Shown here in pieces: positions 49,401 to 60,798 of a DNA stretch of 64,000 nt. The translations under genes were made by a program, and so were the position numbers. The stretch's first letter is position 1; each line of letters opens with the position of its first letter. Origin of the DNA: Schmidtea polychroa (taxonomy: Eukaryota); the NCBI GenBank assembly GCA_044892525.1, contig CM097885.1, positions 32,862,001 through 32,926,000 of the forward strand. The letters are read 5' to 3'. Under the pieces are notes generated by a model. The model saw nothing but the letters and a program-made list of their open reading frames with translations, made no database searches and was not told the origin of the DNA.

Positions 49401-52400
49401 TAAAAAATCAAAGAAAAATTACTTTATTTTTGTGTTGTAGTTTATAAGGCGAAAAGCTAGAACCACTTATTATTTGAAAATATAAAAATCCCAAATGTAT
49501 GAAAAACTTTAATTTCAAAGATTTCAGAGTTTTATATTTTTCTTCAAAAAATGCGTGAATGACAATAGAAATATCTCGAACATGACTGACAGTGTTAAAT
49601 ACTGAAATGATCAAGCAAAACAATCGTACTCATTGAAAATGCCAGTTGTCATAAATCATTGGACTATTCAAATGTCAAGTTATTATTTTTACCTAAAAAC
49701 TCAACTTCACTTATTCAACTTCTTGATATGTGCATCATAAAAACTTTCAAAACTTATTATGTAAATACACTCATGAATTTTTTCTTAATGATTGCGAATC
49801 GTCGAATTTTCTTTCAAAATTAAATATGCTCTAAGCTATTGTTATAATTTCAGAGGCTTTGGAAATGTTAAGGGTTGAAACTATCAAAAATTGTTGGAAT
49901 AAAATTAATGAATATCGTAAATCAGACCTTGCTGACATTATAAAGGATGAAGTTGAAGAAAATATCAATGAAGTAATAGAAGAAACATTTGAAAATTTTG
50001 ATGGGATTAAAAATATTGAATTTTACAATGGCGAAGAGATTATAAATGATGTTGAAACTTCAGATGTTTTAAAACAATTAGAAAAATTAGAGGAAAATAT
50101 TAGAATATTTAGTTTAGATTCTATAAAAGAATTTTATGCATTCAGAAAAAAACCTTAGAATGATATTAGAAAAGTTCGTAAAATCAAAATTACCAATATT
50201 TTGATTAAAAAATAAATGCTTTTATCATGAAATTTATTTATTTAACATATAAAGTTCTTATTTAATGTTTAACTTCGGGTTCTGGGGCACTTTGTCAAAA
50301 ATGATGTCCCTAACCGGGGTCCGACTGTACATATATATAAAACTATGAGATTAAAAGTACATATCTTACGTCATTTGACTGACATTTTACAACTAAACCT
50401 AGGGGAGAGAAATAATAAACTGATACACTTTATGAATTTCCCTTTTCAAATACTTAAAATAAGAAATTGAATTTATTATTTTTCTTGCCAATGTCAGAGT
50501 GTATAAATTTTGAGCCAGTAGCCATTACCCGATAGGTTTTAAGATAGGTATGTTAAAACTGACATAAAATATAACATAGTGAAATATCTACAATTTTAAA
50601 GATATTTAAATATGGATTAAGAGTTAAATAAACATATAATTTATGCATATAATGTTATTTAGTGGTATGTTGTTAAAATAGTGTACAAAAAAGCTGTTTA
50701 CCAGAATATAACTCTAGGCATACAAGTGAAAGGTCTAATAATTTTACTTAAAGTTTATTATGTAATACATAGAGTGTATATTAAGTCGTACTTGGATATA
50801 AATATTTAATGTCTCATAAAGGTTTCAATTTAAAAAAATCTCATCATTTTATAATTTTCATACTACTAAAATTTAAATAATTATATAATACAACAATATT
50901 AATTAATAATGTGCCACCGATTTCCCATCTTTGATTATCCAAATGGTCAAAAATTAAATATCTAAATCCTACCTTCAATTTAATTCTGTAACTTTTTATC
51001 ACCAAATTTTATTATTTCCTAAAAATCAAAATTTCTAACATTAGGTTATTTTCAATTTTAATAATAATAATAATAAATTTAATACTAAGGAAATAATTTC
51101 TGTTATTTTTTTAAAAATACTAATATTAAAGATATTATGAAATGAAATAAAATAATCTTGTTTAAATATAAAAGCCTATCTGCCACATTAAAACTACAAT
51201 AAGTTTTAATTATAATTATAAGAGTGAGATTTTTATTTGAATGTTATCTGAAAATCGACTTTTTCTACCTAATGATGCATTAATTAAATGAAGTAATATA
51301 TAATATATTTTCCCAACATTATCTGTTTATTTATTTGTAATTCTGGAACGCTCAAAGTTTACTACGATTTTTTCCCCAATTCAATATTTTTATAATTTTT
51401 TAATGGAGTAATTCAGTTTATAAGTAATTCAGTAACAAAAACTCTTTATTTAATTATTTTATGAAACTGATAAAAGCAAAAATTTGATCAACCTAGTTAT
51501 TAAAAAATAGTTACAGTATGTAATAATTACTTATTTAAAGAAAATTTAACGTATTAATTTGCATTTTTGTTTAATAGTCATGGTTGCCAATTTTGATGTT
51601 CTGATTGTTTAAAACCGAGTCACACCAAGTCCTTTTATGGTCCACTTTTGTTAATGTTCATAGTTAATGTTAATAGTTAATAATTGGTAAATATTACTTG
51701 TGATCTCAAATTGTGGAACATTAACCATTTTCTTGTTTTTGCAACAGTTTAGGAAAGATTTATGTTTCCCGTCAGTACCCTTCAATATTATCTCCTAGCA
51801 TTCATGTCCTCTTTATAACCAAAAAGCTTCACTTCTAAGTTAAAGAAACAAGTAATCTTTTTTATATAAGCCATTTTTCTCCTAAATTACATCTAAGTTT
51901 TAGGTAAACCATCATATATTCTAAAAAAGTGTTACATTTAACTTCCACCATAAAACCCTTCCATCAGTGAAAGCAGTTTCAGTAATATTTTTAGAAATTG
52001 ACTGAAATTCAAAAATTTGTTACAATTTGTTCAAACTTGTTACAAAATTAAATGGGTATTGATAATTGCTGAGATGAAATTATTAAAGTTGTCAAATATT
52101 TTACTGCACTATTCCAAGATTCATTAACAAATTGACAAGAATCGATAAAATTAATAGTTAAACCATTCATTCTCTCATATAAAAGTAAAACAACTGACCC
52201 GTTTGTCGAAAAAAACTTTTCACAAATTAAACGTATTTAAACCATACACAATATTATCAAAACTATAAATTTTCATATCTAGTTGAATCAAAATATAATA
52301 TAAAAGATATATAATGTTTTCGAATGGCAGATTTTTGGTTTATTAGTATTTCTTAACAAACTTCACGAAGTGTTCTCAAAAGTCTCAGAAGATTTTTATT

Positions 52401-55400
52401 AATTTAGGGACTCAAATTTATTTTGTAGAATTATTTTGAAAATATGGTAGGACTGTATTGACAAATCTCATTATTTTCGAATTGAAATATGCAGTGCATT
52501 TTGCTGCTGCTTGTAAAATAGATTCGAAATCTGTATACATTATAAATAGAATAACAGTCTTTAAAGAATCCTTAAACACCAAGTTTTTAAATAAAAACAT
52601 TGCAAGGAGTGTTGCTCCTAAGTGCTATAAAGCACAAAGCTTGGTTTTCAAAAGATTCGGTTGCAACTTCATATGATGATAACACCTAGTATTTTTAATA
52701 TGATTAAATTAATAACTTTTCATCAGCATTTCGTAGACGGGATTATTTAAAGCAAAAGACTTGGCACTGACTAACGAATTGAGCCCATCACGCTTCGACA
52801 TTAATAGTAACCCATAATAGTGTTGGGATGCTAATAGTTTTGTCGATATGAATTAGTTCTCGACTTGACTCCTCGTGTTCAATGAATAAATAAATAGGAA
52901 TTGAATGCTAAAAAAATAACTTCATTTCAAACAAAACCGAATACACTTGACAATTTGACAATTGATCTCAATGGGGCAGACACCCAATGGATATCACCCT
53001 TTTACTATCACTACACAATCTGGTTTGGATAACAACTTGGTTTCACTTCGTTTCTAGTTTCTTTTTTAATTCAATTCAATTTTCGCTTTTTCTTGAGTTG
53101 ATTAACTGACACTTTGTTTTGTTTGACTAAGATTTTATACTATTTTCCCCATAAATTTTCCTCTCAATCCTGAGTTGGAAACGGGTGAAAATTTTATTGC
53201 CCCATTAAAAATACCTGGGAAATTTATTAAAATATATGTGCCCAATGGGTCTGATTGGGGTCTGATGAAAACCATGAAATCATGAAAACTTTAGGGTCCC
53301 AAGTTTTTTAAGTTTCCAAAATGATGTTATAAAAATGTAATGATTAAAATAATTTTATAAATAATATAATAACTACATACCTGTAAACGAATATTATGAT
53401 TATCACGTAAATAATAATTATTATAAGTTCTTATAAATTATAAGTGACGATTTTTAATTTTAAATTGCTTTTAGTCACATTTAAAAATACTTTATTAAAC
53501 TTTATTTTGAAAAGTTTTACAGAGTTTTACACACACGTAAGAGTACGAATATAAAATGTAATCGAGTGAAAGTGATACCTTTTCGCTTGTCAAAGGATGG
53601 AAAATTGTTTTTATGCACTTTCAAAAGTTGTTCAGAATTATGAAAGATTTTAATAATTTTCTTTCTTTCTAAAAATTGTTGAATGTAATATCAAATTGTA
53701 AATTCAAACATAAAAATATTTAATTATTATTAATAATTAAAATATTTTTGTTCTAAAAATCAAACAATCTTTAATTTTCTATTGGCCATTAAGCTGACGT
53801 TCAGCTGGATACTCCTGATTAATGAGCTTGAGTTAAAACTCAATTAATTAATTAATCAATCTGTTTTTTTTTTAATCCTATCTTTTCTATGAACTTCTAA
53901 TAGGTTTAAAATTATTTTATACGTCTTCAAAATCTCATTTGTTACCGATTACCACAACAATAGATTTATTTTGTGCTAGGCTTAAGTAATAAGCAAAGCA
54001 TTAAGTCATATAAAATTGAATAAATTATTTAACAAGTAAAATTTAATAAAAATTTTTAGACTTGAAATATAAATAAAAAAATGTATAAATAATTTCATTA
54101 TCAATGAAATAAAACAAATTATTAAACTACTACAATGGTAAATTATTTATTTTATTCAGGAACTTCCATATATATAAATATATATGTAAATGTGATATTT
54201 GTAAAATAATTTTATATTAAAAAACTTTCAAGAATATTTTGGAAAATAATTCTGTCATGAAAGCAGTGGACCAAATAGGGAAATATCCAATTAGATACAT
54301 TTTGATATAATTAATGACAGAGAGAAACACTGTGAAATATTTTTAATGAAATATAACATGGATTTTAAAATTTAATATTTTGGGGTTAAAAAATATTAAC
54401 AAAAATTATAGATAAATGCTGTCAAAAATTTGGCTTTTTTAAGAAAGGACCAGCGACTTACAGATAACAAATATTTTCATTGACAAAGATAAATAAAATA
54501 TGAAAATTGTTTTAAAATTTCTCGCGTTTCCAATTTAATTGACTTAGTTAATTATAGAAATATAAACAATTTGTGATTGATTAAAATTAATTAACCCATT
54601 TGGTACTAAATTGGTTTTCCCACTGTAGATATAAATTTACAGTAGATGACAAAAATATTATAAGTATTAAATTTCCAAGAAAAACTTTGACATCTGTGAA
54701 ATACTTATTAAACTGAAATAAAAGGTTAAAAATTTTGATTTGCTCACATCTTTGGTGCCCATTTGAAAATAATCTGTAAGATATACAATTATTGCTAATT
54801 GTTTTCATTTGGAAACACTGGCTATAAATGAGTTAATAAATAAATAAATGATTATAGTAATTTCATGGGTCAAAATTAAGGAAACAAAGGTATTATGAAG
54901 AGATATATTGTAACACGGACAAGGAATACTGAAGATGAATTGAGGACTATTCAGGTCCGGAATTTAGGCACAAGCAAATTCGGCAGCTGTTTAAGGCTCC
55001 TGATGGCACCAAATTATTCTGGTTTATCTATCTATTTATTTATCTATAGTTTTGGATAAATAAGTATTGTATAAATTATTTATTTGTTTTGCTATAAGAT
55101 TGTTTTCTTATTACAAGGGATAAAAAGTCATTCGTTTTAATTTCTTATAACGAGTCCTTACCGTAGTACTTTAATCTATAATAATAATTAAAACTTTTTT
55201 AGACTTACTAAAGCTGAATCATGTTCTTTGATATCCCTCGGAATACATTCAAAGCTGTTGATATCTTCTTTAATATCCATGAGATCCGGATAACCACAAT
55301 TTGTTAACCACTTGACAGTATCCTCATTCACCTTAAATTATTTAAATCATTCAAAAAATTCAAAAGAAAAATAATTTATTAATTAAAAAAGAGGAAGAAA

Positions 55401-57073
55401 ATGTCATTTTTAAAGAAATTTTTAATTTCACTCAGTATCAAATTATCCAGGCATTAAACATCTATAACTTGAGTATCTTTTATTTATACTGGTAATAATT
55501 TCGTTCATTTGAGTAAATGAATATATTAAGCTAATATTAAGCTAATAGTAACATTAATTTCACATAATAAATTGTAATAATTTTGTTGCAAAACTTAAAA
55601 CGATGAAAAGAAATGTAACAACTAAACCAGTGACAATATAAATTACTCAAAAGATTCAATATATTGTTAGAGTTGTGGGTGAAATGTAAAATTTAGAATT
55701 ATTGATCTGCCTCCAAAGCATGCCTTGATTGACAACAATGACGAATTCCAGACAATATAAAATTTTATTGATTAGCAAGTATTCTATAAATACTCGAATT
55801 CAGGACCACTTAACTACTGCTTCTGATTACAATAATTGGTAGAATCGATCTAGTTGCTTATCTTGTTTCGAATCGAAAATATTCAATACTTATGATAAAT
55901 GACTTTAATAATTTGTTTAAATTGCTTCTTTGATATGACAAGGTTTTATCCAATAAATTCGTAATTCAATTTGTTTTCGTTTCGTTTTTATTCTCTTTTC
56001 TCGTGTCTGTCTCTTTGTTGTTTTACCGTAATCCAAGTTGTATTTAACTTTTATACTGTACCGTCTAATTATTTTAATTAAAGTTTGTCATTAGGATAAT
56101 TTTCTACATAATTTCAGGAAAGTTGACAACTATTAAACAACTATTATTAAATTAATTTGGGAACGGCAAAAAGATCTTCAGGTAAAATATTTATCAAAAC
56201 AGGTGTCTATGATATAACGAATTGGCCATGGATTCAAGCTTTGAAACTAATTTGATACATTCTTAAAGCTGATACATGCACAAATTTTATGATATTACAA
56301 ACATTGCAGATTATACACAATACATACTATCATATTTATCTTTTGGTTTCACTTTTGATCATTTTTTATTTTCAATAATTTTCATATTAATTTTTCCAAT
56401 ACATACTTGATAAAGACTGTGCAAAATATCGTGTTTTCTTATATATTGTTTTGATAACAAGAAATACTTTCAAAATAAAATTATTCTCCAACTCGGGATA
56501 ATGCGATTTTCACTTATTTATACCCATGGTCTTCATATCATTTCATATCTTGGAAAAATCTTTAACTCGCCGAATCCCATCGCCGTATACAATATTTTTA
56601 TAAAATTTATTATTATTTACTTGAAAAAATCAGTGCCGAAAATTCGTGAATATCAAAAACATATTTACTGATTCATAGTCAAGATTTTTAATAAATACAA
56701 CATTATTAATCCTAGTCAAATGGATTATATTAAATTATTATGTAGTAACTATAAAACTTAACTGAACTGTCAAATATTTTGAAAAATATATTTTAGAAAT
56801 GGTGTTCATTTATTTGAATTTCAAAATAATTAATCAAAACTGTAGCTAGTAAAACATATTACTTTTCAACTGTTGCTGTAAAAAAGAAACAGTATAAAAA
56901 TTCCTTTTCTAATATAAACTATTTATATGTTAGGAAATTTAAACAAAATTTATTTCAAATTATAAAAATGAAAAAATAGAAAAATCAAATCTCACTTGCA
57001 TGTGATATATCATCAATTCATTAGCCAATTTGTTCCGGTGCTGAGCATCTTGCACTTTCTTATACATCAGTGA
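35378..57073 (-). CDS. PDE2A: cGMP-stimulated phosphodiesterase PDE2, 3' exons 56996-57073, 55209-55331, 44919-45191, 41579-41710, 41171-41529, 35378-35561; GAF exons not found in window
   Basis: [110 protein letters not shown]; all junctions GT-AG and phase-compatible. Confidence 0.93.
35810..37446 (+). mobile_element. hAT (ZMYM1/Tip100-like) element, internally deleted, in the last PDE2 intron
   Basis: TIR CACTGGCGTAGTGA / TCACTACGCCACTG; perfect 8-bp [66 protein letters not shown]. Confidence 0.92.
38763..40276 (+). mobile_element. short non-autonomous Gypsy-type LTR element (degenerate gag plus integrase tail)
   Basis: 221-bp LTRs 38763-38983 and 40056-40276 (2 differences seen), 5-bp [68 protein letters not shown]. 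Confidence 0.92.
40354..40526. repeat. (TA)n tract joined to a fold-back copy of the pseudo-LTR-like repeat
   Basis: AAATCAGTAATATATC..GATATATTACTGGTTT hairpin, then AATCAGTGGTGAAATTGG shared with 21264 and 58623 copies. Confidence 0.75.
42119..42501. mobile_element. hAT MITE
   Basis: CAGTGGTGCCCA / TGGGCATCACTG termini; 8-bp TSD ATTTAATA / AATTAATA. Confidence 0.75.
46262..46690 (-). pseudogene. microsomal epoxide hydrolase (EPHX1/JHEH-like) N-terminal fragment inside a PDE2 intron
   Basis: Membrane anchor, [50 protein letters not shown]; two stops and a frameshift; catalytic domain absent. Confidence 0.8.
46887..47094. repeat. long near-perfect inverted repeat (~100-bp arms)
   Basis: ATCCAATTTTAAG..CTCTGTGTCACTTATG..GGTCTTAATAAAA is mirrored by TTTTATTAAGACC..CATAAGTGACACAGAG..CTTAAAATTGGAT with a short AT loop. 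Confidence 0.92.
47900..48528 (+). mobile_element. Tc1/IS630-like deletion derivative with subterminal ~22-bp repeats and truncated HTH ORF (48187-48501)
   Basis: TA-CAGGGTTATTC..GAATAACCCTG-TA; repeats [50 protein letters not shown]. Confidence 0.8.
48877..50327 (+). mobile_element. pogo/Tigger transposase relic with right terminus
   Basis: [58 protein letters not shown]; ends GGGGTCCGACTG-TA. Confidence 0.85.
54595..54832. mobile_element. piggyBac-like MITE
   Basis: TTAA-CCCATTT..AAATGAG-TTAA. Confidence 0.5.
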
Positions 57074-58729
57074 CTTAAATTAAAATCCAAGAGTCAGGAA
57101 TTATTTATTTATTAATTAATATAATATAATTATCCAATAATTAAATTAACGAATTTTATTTACTGATAATTAATGCACTATCAATGATGAATTATATTTT
57201 ATTAGAATTGATTTTTAATTTTAAAATTGTAATTAAAAAACATAAATTTATTATAAAAATATTTTTAAATTGATAATTGAATTTTAAAAATAAAACATTT
57301 GGTTTTTAATTAAAATAATATTTAAAATAATAATATCGATTATTAATTATATTGTTGATTATTAATTATATTATTAATTAATGAATTTAATTAATTTTAT
57401 AATTTGTAAAGACTCCGAATATCTAATAGGATCAACTGACTAACATATGACTAAGTTAGCTAATATCAAATGTGATACGATGTGATTTCTAATGGTAGGC
57501 AAGCTTCAATTTTATTTATTCTCATTAGTACCAAGTTTCACATTTCTCATTGAGAAATTCTCAAGGTAAATAAAATGATTTTCAAAGCATTTTATTATTT
57601 AAAATTCACTTTTCTATACAATGTCATTGCGATCAGCACATTTTAGGGGAAAATAAAAATCTCTAAAGTTTATAATATATTTCATTTGAAACCTTTAATT
57701 ATTTTCAGTTTAGTTATTTGTATAGTTTACGTACCACTCTCAGTGCCACGGAAAATATTGGCCGACACAGTAACCTGACAAGTTTATTTTAAAAAGAGCA
57801 CCTGTCAAATAAATCGACTTGAGACAAAACTTAAATTATTATTGCATTTTAAATATTATTGCTATGGAAGTAGCAAAGCATTGTCAGGCATTTTTGATAT
57901 AAAATTTGGTGAATTTATTTAGGCATAGTCTTTAATAATAATTATAATAAATTGGCTTATCTGTCTTTACTTTCAATGATGTGACATATCCTTTAAAGTT
58001 TGTTACAAAAACATTTTTTACAGATTCTGTTTCCCTCTATTAAACTAATTTGTAACAGAATTTATGTAGATTTTAAATTTCTTCAAATTCGATACTTTTC
58101 AAGTTAAATAAACCGTTCAAACTAATTCCGAGCCAACATGCTCTAAATCTTTACCATATTTTCTGCATTTATAGGCACATAGGATTTTTTCAGAAGGAAC
58201 AAAACTAAATTTTATTGCGCATCAATAGTTTATAAAATAGAATTTATTATTATAAGTGCATATGTAATTTCAGTATATTTTTTGCCAACAGACATTGGTC
58301 CGATGACTTCTGTTGAGAAATACTTATATCGAAATTGTCAAAAAGCATAATTAGAATAAGACAAACGGATATTTTTAGAGATTAATTAATTACTCATTTT
58401 ATTAAATAAATATTTTATGCAATATCCGAATTTTGTAATACTGAAGTAAGAAACTTTTAGGTGGAATTATTTACATTAATTTGCTAGCTGTTTATTAAAT
58501 TTAAACAGATGTAGTACATAAGTAAGTTCTCACAATATACGAGGCCTCCCAGTGGATTGAAATTGAAGAGATTTGATATTAAATAAATACTGAGAAATTT
58601 TTATTACTGGTTTAATTTTTCAATATTATAAGAACATTTTTTTCCAATTTCACCACTGATTATTTTTTCCATTGAATTTATTTAAAAGAGAGCTTGAAGA
58701 CTATCAGTAATATATCGATGTTTTTTGAT

Positions 58730-58766
58730 ACTCACGAATTTTCGGCACTGCCTTTTTCAAGTGAAT
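58730..58766 (-). ncRNA. minimal type I hammerhead ribozyme, U3-A8 core variant, in pseudo-LTR-like repeat
   Basis: ATTCAC-TTGAAAA-A-GGC(AGT)GCC-GAAA-AT-TC-GTGAGT: 6-bp stem I, stem II, palindromic AATT in place of stem III. Confidence 0.65.
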
Positions 58767-58985
58767 TTGATCATTATTGCATTTTCCAATTATTGTTAGG
58801 GAAAAATAAATTTATTTCATATTTTATAATAAATTTATTGGTTTAATTATATTTTAATTACACAAATAATATTTCCTATTTTTTATATTTTATTTTATAA
58901 AAAAACGTTTTATAATTTTTATATATTTTAATTTTAAATTTTAAATTTAAATCCAAATTCAAATAAACGTCTCAGGGATTTTTAT

Positions 58986-59625
58986 TTAAATTAGTTGAAT
59001 GTTGATGGAAGGTTTAAATTTTTTGATATAAAGAGTCTCCGCGGCTAATCTTTGCAATGTATTTTTGAACGCATCTTGTAACATTTTGCATTTTATTTCG
59101 TGTATGAGTGATGCTGATTTATGCACTTTTTTTCTGTGTTCGTGATAATTGCTGGTTTTGACGTGTTCGTTAAGTCTTGTTTGGAATGTTCTATGTGTTT
59201 CCCCTATGTACGATGCGTCACATCATGTGCAAGTAATTTGGTAAACAATGTTTTTTGAGAAGCAGAAACATTTAGTGGAGGATTGGCATATACAATCTCG
59301 ATGAAATAGGTCTGATGTTAGAGATTTTTGAGACTTACGAAGCTGTGATTTTAAAGGTGCAGCGGTTGTACAAATTGGGCGAATATGAGCTGGCAACTCC
59401 ATATTGCGGATGTAAGCTCTGATTGTATTACATGTCTTATTGTTTAAAAAAGGGAAGTGTAGGTATATTACTGGCTTATTGACCTGATCCTTTTGTGTAT
59501 TATGCCTATTAGAGTTATATTCACTCAAAAAGTATTTTTCTACGAACTCCTTTGGGTGTCCATTTTGTAAAAACCGTGTTTTAAAGTTTTCCAGAGTTTC
59601 TTGTTTTATCGTTTTGTCCGAAATG
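58986..59625 (-). mobile_element. Penelope-like element 3' fragment with GIY-YIG endonuclease
   Basis: KNIVYQITCT*CDASYIGETHRTFQTRLNEH..LAAETLYIKKFKPSINIQ. Confidence 0.85.
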
Positions 59626-60360
59626 GATATTAAAATATAATGAAATATTATTGCAGGCTGGATTAATATTGGATAAAATGTTAATAATAATATTTTATGA
59701 AAATAGCAATATAATAAGAAATTTAGGTAATATTTTCCTTATAATTTGCAAGTAAAATAAATTTGTTATCATAAAAAAATAATTTGATTTATAGAATGGT
59801 ATATAGTTTACTGATAAATTATAAGTAAAGTAAAGTTAATAAATAATATAAAGTTAATAACAAGTTTGTTTAAATACCCCAAATATCATCAAATTCATAA
59901 TATTTATATTAGTGAATGAAGGGGTGTTATTTATTTGTTCATTTAGTTCTTACTCAGGAAGTGACAACTCCAATTTAAGTGTTTTATTAAATCTGATGAA
60001 GTAACATTTAAAAATAATAAGTTCTTTGATTCCTACTACAAAATTAACAAATGTATTTTATTATTTGAACATGCCAATCAAACATCACTTATACTATATA
60101 ATTCGACAGATTCACCGTCATCATCAGGTAGATAATCTAATATTAATCCTTTGCAATAGTTTGTTATTAATAGAAACACTCAAACTTTCGACAGTCTTTT
60201 CAAGTCATGCAAATTTGTTTGTTTTTTACTAACCAAAGATTTATATTTATATATGTAAACTGTCAAAGTGATTTTTTTGTAATTTCTCTTTTGTTATGGT
60301 CTAATCTTTAAAATGTCTTGCGGATTTCATTCTTCAAAATTTAACTATTATTCACATTAA

Positions 60361-60591
60361 CCATTAGAGTGCTGAGGAGCGTGATGGCGCTCTTTGCTGT
60401 TTGAGTCAAAAGCGCGGTAAGTGGCATCGCGCCTCACATGTGATCGTGAAATGTATTTGTGTGTGAAATATTTATTAAAATATGTTAAAAATTATGAAAG
60501 ATATTAAATATTTAAAAATACCACCTCTTTTCATCGTTTTTTGTTCAACAAATATAAATAGCATATAGAAAAAGGGTCAGCATTCAAATGG
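60361..60591. mobile_element. piggyBac-like MITE
   Basis: TTAA-CCATTAGAGTGCTGA..TCAGCATTCAAATGG-TTAA. Confidence 0.75.
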
Positions 60592-60798
60592 TTAAAACAA
60601 TTATAAGCGATATTATCCACCATTTTCAAAATATTTTCAATAATATTAAGATCTATGATTTTTTTAAAATATTTTTATTATATTCATCTCTTTTTTACAC
60701 AAATTTAAAGTTCAACGGTTCAAAAAACCACCCTATTTTTTGTAAGGTTTGTCTAGTCTAACACAATGTAAAAGCTATTGTCTTGTAAGTGTGCACAT

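Noticed and set aside
52340..52840. Possible P-element/THAP9-like relic
   Set aside because: Only vague similarity, no motif or termini.
53255..53300. CTGATGA..GAAA motif
   Set aside because: No stem II or stem I pairing.
54925..54965. CTGAAGA followed by a hairpin
   Set aside because: GAAA core absent after the stem.
55560..56560. Possible MULE/SWIM transposase relic
   Set aside because: Cys-rich hint only, heavily disrupted.
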